Shown in pieces: positions 58,792-64,000 of a stretch of DNA of 64,000 nt. The stretch lies in assembly GCA_050012255.1 (NCBI GenBank), contig JBEKHN010000011.1, positions 9,047 through 73,046 of the forward strand, in the 5' to 3' direction. Both the position numbers and the translations under genes were made by a program. The stretch is from Candidatus Bathyarchaeia archaeon (GTDB lineage: Archaea; Thermoproteota; Bathyarchaeia; Bathyarchaeales; Bathycorpusculaceae). The stretch's first letter is position 1; each line of letters begins with the position of its first letter. The notes under the pieces are model-generated. The model worked only from the letters and a program-made list of their open reading frames with translations, was not told where the DNA came from and did not search any database.

Positions 58792-59403
58792 TCACTCTGC
58801 GCTGCCTTCTTCCATTGCTTGGATTTGCTTTCTGTCCTTTTGCTCGGACCGTTCTAGTTGGGCTACTCTCCTGTTGATTACGGCTAGCTCTCTCTGTAAC
58901 TCTTTGATCATTTTCTCAATCTGTTTGCGCTTGCCTTCTAAGACGTTCATCGTATCTCCCGGTTTTTCTTTTCTCTCTTCAAGAAAGACTGAGAAAAGGT
59001 TCGGTATTCTTGGGATAGAAACGGTCTTCTCTACATCCAACACGTCTTTCATGAATTCTGTGAACAAGCCGCTCATACTATTGGCAATTTGACTCTCTTT
59101 GGCCAGAGACCGCTTTAAAACATGCTTGCCCGCCTCAGTGATTCGAAATATCTTTCTTTTCCTTTTCTTCTGAACCTCCCATTTTCCCTCGATATATCTC
59201 GAGTCTTCTAGGTCTCGAAGTCTGGGATAGATGCCGCCAGCGGTGGGTCTCCAAAAACCCATGGTTCTTTCCTTGATCTCTCTCATTATTTCATAGCCAT
59301 GATACGGCTTCTTGCTGAGAAGAATTAGCACGGCAATACGTATGTAGCCCTTCTGCGTTTCCTTAAGCCAGTGCCCAGCAGTTATTTCGTCTTCACACTG
59401 CAT
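58792..59403 (-). CDS. PadR-family transcriptional regulator
   Basis: HGYEIM, GGIYP.L..LE, RKIFRITEAG, C-terminal coiled coil. Confidence 0.9.
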   Translation of the reverse strand: MQCEDEITAGHWLKETQKGYIRIAVLILLSKKPYHGYEIMREIKERTMGFWRPTAGGIYPRLRDLEDSRYIEGKWEVQKKRKRKIFRITEAGKHVLKRSLAKESQIANSMSGLFTEFMKDVLDVEKTVSIPRIPNLFSVFLEERKEKPGDTMNVLEGKRKQIEKMIKELQRELAVINRRVAQLERSEQKDRKQIQAMEEGSAE

Positions 59404-59476
59404 TTAGGCTCATCTTTCTCATCTGAGTATTATCGGAATATTTATATTTTACTGCGATGTATTGCACTGAACAATA

Positions 59477-60520
59477 TTGCGTGGTGATGCTCTCTTGGAA
59501 AATGACCCAATAATCGACGTCAAGAACTTGACGAAGTCCTTCGGCAATTTCGTGGCGGTTGACAACATCTCCTTCGACGTGAAAAAAGGCGAGGTATTCG
59601 GTTTGCTCGGTCCCAACGGAGCGGGTAAAAGCACAACCTTAAGAATGCTCTCTACGTTGGCCAGGCCAACAAATGGAACTGCCACCATTGGCGGTTACGA
59701 CATAGTGAAGAACGATACTGAAGTGAGAAAACTGATAGGAATCGTTTCCGAAAAGATGATAATGTACAACCGACTGACGGCCAGGGAGAACCTAATCTTC
59801 TTCGGAAATCTCTTTAACATTCCCAAAAACGTCTTAACGAAGAGAATTGACGACCTGCTAGAGCTGGTTCAACTCACCAAATGGAAAAACGCTCAAGTGG
59901 GTACATTTTCAAGTGGTATGCGACAGAGGATGAACGTGATACGGGCGCTGCTCAATATGCCCCAAGTGCTATTCTTGGATGAGCCAACTTTGGGTTTGGA
60001 TCCTCAATCGTCTGTTGAGATTAGAGAGTTCATAAAGAAACTCAATAGAGAAAATAACACCACAATTATCATAACGACGCACATGATGGTTGATGCCGAT
60101 TTGCTATGTGATCGCATAGGCATTATGGACCATGCCAAAATTGTTGCGCTTGACACATCCACGAATTTAAAAAAACTCATTTCTGGAGAGGACACAACAA
60201 TACTGAACCTAGAGATTGGAAATTTATCACCCGATATTATTGAGGCAATCCGGGCGTGCAAGTGCACGGACGCCGTTTCTCAAGAGAATTCTACCCATTT
60301 GAGAATCATTGCCCACGGCGATGAGGCGTTCAACTCAGTAATTGACGCTGTGAGGGAGAAAGACGGAAAGATAAATTCTATGGAAAATCCTCAGCCTTCA
60401 CTTGAGGATGTGTTCTTGCACATAACCGGTCACGAGGTAAGAGATAGCGCAGATCAAAGGATACCGATGGCGATGGGTCGTCGACGCTTTGGAGCGCCCC
60501 CGCAAGGGAGGATACGGTGA
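59477..60520 (+). CDS. ABC exporter ATP-binding protein (DrrA-like)
   Basis: GPNGAGKST, FSSGM, DEPTLGLD, TTH, PSLEDVFL.ITG. Confidence 0.92.
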   Translation: MRGDALLENDPIIDVKNLTKSFGNFVAVDNISFDVKKGEVFGLLGPNGAGKSTTLRMLSTLARPTNGTATIGGYDIVKNDTEVRKLIGIVSEKMIMYNRLTARENLIFFGNLFNIPKNVLTKRIDDLLELVQLTKWKNAQVGTFSSGMRQRMNVIRALLNMPQVLFLDEPTLGLDPQSSVEIREFIKKLNRENNTTIIITTHMMVDADLLCDRIGIMDHAKIVALDTSTNLKKLISGEDTTILNLEIGNLSPDIIEAIRACKCTDAVSQENSTHLRIIAHGDEAFNSVIDAVREKDGKINSMENPQPSLEDVFLHITGHEVRDSADQRIPMAMGRRRFGAPPQGRIR

Positions 60521-60526
60521 GGCAGT

Positions 60527-61729
60527 ATGGGCGCAAAAGCTCTTCTTTCACATAGTTTAAGGATTGCCTGGAAAGATTTGAAGGAGCTTTATCGGAACCG
60601 ACTCGGGTTAGTCCTGCTTGTTCTGATGCCTTTGTTCATGATGGTCATGGTTGGCTTTATATATCCATCAAGTAACAGCTCCCCGACCAACTTGCCAGTT
60701 GCTCTCGTGAATGAAGATACAGGCTATGGTAATTCAATTTTTTTAGGAAAGAATTTTACAATGGCATTGCAACAGATTAACAGCAATACAAGCATGATTG
60801 CTCTTTCCAACGCATCAAGTGTGAGCGATATCAAAAGCATGGTTCAGAAAGGCGATATCGAAGGAGGCATAGTCATCCCAAGCAATTTCACTGAGAGCAT
60901 CTTGAACGGAGAACAAGGTACTCTGATCATTATAACCGACCAGTCTAACCCGCAAGTATCGGCTACCATTCAGGCAGCTTTGTCAGCTGTTTTCGACCAG
61001 ATGGGCACATTGATAGCCCAAAATAAGGTTAAGGGCTTAAACCCGGCGGTAGTCAACGACAACAACTCCCTCGCCTACGTGAAGCCTTACAGTGTTCAGA
61101 CAGAAGGAGTTGTACCCGGAACTCCCAGTTACTTCGACTTCATCGCCCCAGGAATAATGGCCATGACCGTGATGATGAGCGTCATGACAGGGCTCCCTGT
61201 GGCGATCTCCCAAGAGAAGGAAGTCGGTACTTTGGACGGAATGATGGTTGCACCAATAAACAGGCTGTCCATAATACTCGGGAAAACTCTAGGTCAGACT
61301 GCCAGAGGCCTGCTGCAAGGAGCCATTATACTGGTGATGGCTGCGGTTTTGTTCCACGTCGCAATTCAAGGAAGCATCCTGCTTGTCTTCGCGCTGCTCT
61401 TGCTGGGCGTGTTCAGCTTCGTAGGCCTCGGCATCGTAATAACATCCTTCGCAAAAGACCAAGAGACAGCGCAGATGATGATGATGACGCTGATGTTCCC
61501 CATGATGTTCCTCAGCGGAGTATTCTTCCCCATACAGCAAATGCCCTGGTACATGCAAGACATTTCAAGAGTGCTTCCCCTTACCTACGCATCGCAAGCC
61601 CTCAGGAAAGTCATGGTTCTAGGCGCAGGAATACCGGACATAACCACTGAGCTTACAATAATGATAGTGTTCGGAGCGATCATGACAGCAATAGCTGTGC
61701 CCGTTTTCAGAAGAATGATGACAAGGTAA
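60527..61729 (+). CDS. ABC-2 permease with extracellular domain
   Basis: PGIMAM, EKE.GTL, FLSGVFFP, PLTY. Confidence 0.9.
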   Translation: MGAKALLSHSLRIAWKDLKELYRNRLGLVLLVLMPLFMMVMVGFIYPSSNSSPTNLPVALVNEDTGYGNSIFLGKNFTMALQQINSNTSMIALSNASSVSDIKSMVQKGDIEGGIVIPSNFTESILNGEQGTLIIITDQSNPQVSATIQAALSAVFDQMGTLIAQNKVKGLNPAVVNDNNSLAYVKPYSVQTEGVVPGTPSYFDFIAPGIMAMTVMMSVMTGLPVAISQEKEVGTLDGMMVAPINRLSIILGKTLGQTARGLLQGAIILVMAAVLFHVAIQGSILLVFALLLLGVFSFVGLGIVITSFAKDQETAQMMMMTLMFPMMFLSGVFFPIQQMPWYMQDISRVLPLTYASQALRKVMVLGAGIPDITTELTIMIVFGAIMTAIAVPVFRRMMTR

Positions 61730-61750
61730 GAAAGAAAGGAGTTTATCACC

Positions 61751-62698
61751 TTGGCAAATCCGTGTATCGAAAGTGCAAAACTTTCCAAAAAGTACGGCTC
61801 TTTTGTAGCAGTGTCGGATCTAAACTTGAGAATTGAAGGGTCGAAGTGTGTTGGATTCTTGGGCCCGAACGGCGCAGGGAAGACAACTACTCTCAAAATG
61901 TTTACTGACCTGATCAGGCCGTCTTCTGGAGAGGCTCTGATAAACGGTTTCAACGTGCACACTGACAAGAGAAAAGCACTGGCTTCTGTGGGTGCTCTGA
62001 TCGAAACTCCCGAAATCTACCCTTCGCTAACGCCGAGGGAAGCGCTCATGATGATAGCCGAGATAAGAGGAGTGCCGAGCACGGAGCGGAGCAAGAGAAT
62101 AGAGGAAGCCGTTTCAGAAGTTCGCCTGGAGGAATGGATGGATAAGAGGGTTGGCAAGTTCTCCAAGGGAATGAAACAGAGAATATGCATCGCCTCTGCG
62201 CTTCTGAGCGATCCAACCATACTTCTCCTGGACGAGCCCACCAACGGTCTTGACCCAAGAGGAATGAGCGAAGTCAGAGGCATCATAAAATCCCTTAAGA
62301 GCAAGAAGAGACTGATTTTCATGAGCTCCCACATTCTCAGTGAGGTTTCAGAAGTCTGCGACGAAGTCGCAATGATCGACCATGGAAAACTAATCGTCTA
62401 CGACACGATTCCCAACGTGACAGCCAAGTTCACAGGAGGAGAGAACATCGTGGAGGTTGAGCTACAACGTCCAATCGATTCCGAGCTGACAATCAAGAAA
62501 ATAGCGGCCATTCCAAGCATAGTCACGGCAGAGAGAAAAAACGACAAGAACTTGACAATCAGGTTCAACGGAGGCTCGGACGCACAAGAAAAGATCCTCT
62601 CTGACCTGGTGAAAATGAACATTGGAGTAATCAGTTACAGACCAGCGTCATCAGAACTCGAAGACGCATACCTCAAACTTATCACGAGCACGTTGTGA
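61751..62698 (+). CDS. ABC transporter ATP-binding protein
   Basis: GPNGAGKTT, FSKGM, DEPTNGLD, SSH. Confidence 0.92.
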   Translation: MANPCIESAKLSKKYGSFVAVSDLNLRIEGSKCVGFLGPNGAGKTTTLKMFTDLIRPSSGEALINGFNVHTDKRKALASVGALIETPEIYPSLTPREALMMIAEIRGVPSTERSKRIEEAVSEVRLEEWMDKRVGKFSKGMKQRICIASALLSDPTILLLDEPTNGLDPRGMSEVRGIIKSLKSKKRLIFMSSHILSEVSEVCDEVAMIDHGKLIVYDTIPNVTAKFTGGENIVEVELQRPIDSELTIKKIAAIPSIVTAERKNDKNLTIRFNGGSDAQEKILSDLVKMNIGVISYRPASSELEDAYLKLITSTL

Positions 62699-62704
62699 GC
62701 AAAC

Positions 62705-63559
62705 ATGAACGAAACAGAAACAATATCTGAGAACAAAGTGCCGAGCAGCCTCACACAAGTCGGCATCACGATGAAATACACGTTCCTCGACTACTTCAGA
62801 TCACGCAGATTCTTCATACTGCTAACCATAACCCTCGCAATAAGCGCCCTACTCACCTTCATAGTCGGATACTACCGTCCCGCGAGTTTTCTCGCTTCCA
62901 ACCTGTCGTTCTACTCTGGCTGGTGGGGCAACTCAACAACCTTCGTCGTCGTATTATCAGGCATCTTCTTCGGAGGAGACGCCATCTCAGGAGAATTCCA
63001 AAACAAGACAGGCTACTTCGGAATCCCAAACCCGATCAGAAGATCATCAATATACGTGGGAAAATGGTTGGCAGCTCTAGTCGCGTCCACTATAATATTG
63101 AGCGTATTCACGGCAATTACACTTGGCAATGGAATGTACTACTTTGGCTCAAACGTGCCATACCAATTCGGCGAATCCGTGCTGTTCGCATGGTTCTACC
63201 TCGTGGCAGTCCTCGGATTCACATTCTTCTTCAGCTCCCTGTTCAAAAGCAGCTCAATGTCCATACTCGTAACCGCTATACTCTTCCTCTTTGCATTCAC
63301 ACTCATCGAGACACTCATCGCAGACCTCGTTCAAATCGAACCTTGGTTCATCCTGACCTACGGCGGACAAATAATAGGAAACGTACTGAAAGCATCCTAC
63401 CCGCCATCGACCTCTGTAAGCAGCTTCGGGCCCGGAGGCCAGCGGACTTTCATCACCTACAACGTTACCATTTCAGAAGGCCTCGCAATCATAGGACTCT
63501 ACTTTGTCATTACCGCGATACTGGGATTGGTCCTCTTCGAAAGAAAGGAGTTTACATAA
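62705..63559 (+). CDS. ABC-2 permease
   Basis: DAISGEFQNKTG, P..R..IY.GK, 6 TM, FERKE end. Confidence 0.88.
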   Translation: MNETETISENKVPSSLTQVGITMKYTFLDYFRSRRFFILLTITLAISALLTFIVGYYRPASFLASNLSFYSGWWGNSTTFVVVLSGIFFGGDAISGEFQNKTGYFGIPNPIRRSSIYVGKWLAALVASTIILSVFTAITLGNGMYYFGSNVPYQFGESVLFAWFYLVAVLGFTFFFSSLFKSSSMSILVTAILFLFAFTLIETLIADLVQIEPWFILTYGGQIIGNVLKASYPPSTSVSSFGPGGQRTFITYNVTISEGLAIIGLYFVITAILGLVLFERKEFT

Positions 63560-63605
63560 ACGAGAATTGACGGTGAATGACAGAGAGTAAGGAAATACTG
63601 AACAT

Positions 63606-63662
63606 CAAAATGAGTAGCACAAGCTACTTACCGAAAGAATTCAGGAACACACTAGAGCGCGA
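63606..63662 (+). repeat. partial copy 3 of the dispersed repeat including a 26-bp site
   Basis: CAAAATGAGTAGCACAAGCTACTTACCGAAAGAATTCAGGAACACACTAGAGCGCGA vs 57133-57189. Confidence 0.8.
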
Positions 63663-63795
63663 GAGTTTGAAGCTATCCTCGGCTACGAGTGCCAGGCACT
63701 TTTACCAGTAAACGTGTGTTCAATTTTCAACCCCCTCCTAACATCATAAATCGTGTTCTTTTTGCCGAAATAAGCTCAACTCATACCTGAAATTA

Positions 63796-63812
63796 TGGTG
63801 CGGGGGGTGGGA
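63796..63812 (-). other. tRNA-Leu-like 3'-end fragment, att-like
   Basis: minus strand reads TCCCACCCCCCGCACCA, typical of the 3' end of archaeal tRNA-Leu. Confidence 0.55.
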
Positions 63813-64000
63813 CCCCCACCTTATTTTACCAGTAAGAATATGCTTAGGTTATGCTTGAAGATTATAGAAGACAATAAATTGTGATTTGGAAAGAATAAAT
63901 GGTTAGTCACCTTTTTTTGCACGTGCCTTCTTGGCTGCACAAGATGCTATTCGACTGTCTACTTCCATTTTGTTAGGATTTCCTCCCGCTGGAACGTGCC

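Noticed and set aside
1-64000. Numerous antisense and alternative-frame ORFs; selenocysteine/pyrrolysine read-through
   Set aside because: These are shadows of well-supported genes, and no recognised gene appears interrupted by an in-frame TGA or TAG.

Overview
Archaeal chromosomal window, most likely Bathyarchaeia or a related TACK lineage. This is inferred from gene content: eukaryote-like type IB topoisomerase, a short XPF/ERCC4 nuclease, the PoK/PPS CoA pathway, HTH-RibK and a PQQ-CARDB-dockerin surface protein. Most of it is housekeeping and peptide/acyl-CoA catabolism: iorAB, a tryptophanase-family lyase, adk, crotonase, hbd, acyl-CoA dehydrogenase, CoA-transferase, LipS1/LipS2 plus LplA, a 7-gene CoA operon, ribK, dinB, cysS, glnA-like, mgtA, four ABC ATPase/permease pairs and tRNA-Ala(GGC). 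The most unusual signal is non-coding. Seven copies of a 26-bp site (GAATTTAGGAACA-n5-GCGCGCTA) sit at the borders of accessory gene blocks (about 10-11.5 kb, 56.7-57.2 kb and 63.6 kb). They are linked to a ~170-bp dispersed repeat, three orphan tRNA 3'-end fragments and a twice-repeated 8-7-8 inverted-repeat core. This looks like the footprint of a site-specific cassette-shuffling system, with no recombinase visible in the window. Other notable items are a cluster of polyproline and zinc-ribbon membrane proteins around a C-terminally short GH3 ligase, a TFS paralogue lacking the catalytic acidic hairpin, an acyl-CoA dehydrogenase with a winged-helix-like tail and a degenerate homocitrate-synthase homologue. 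All calls are from motif recognition by eye; no searches were run.
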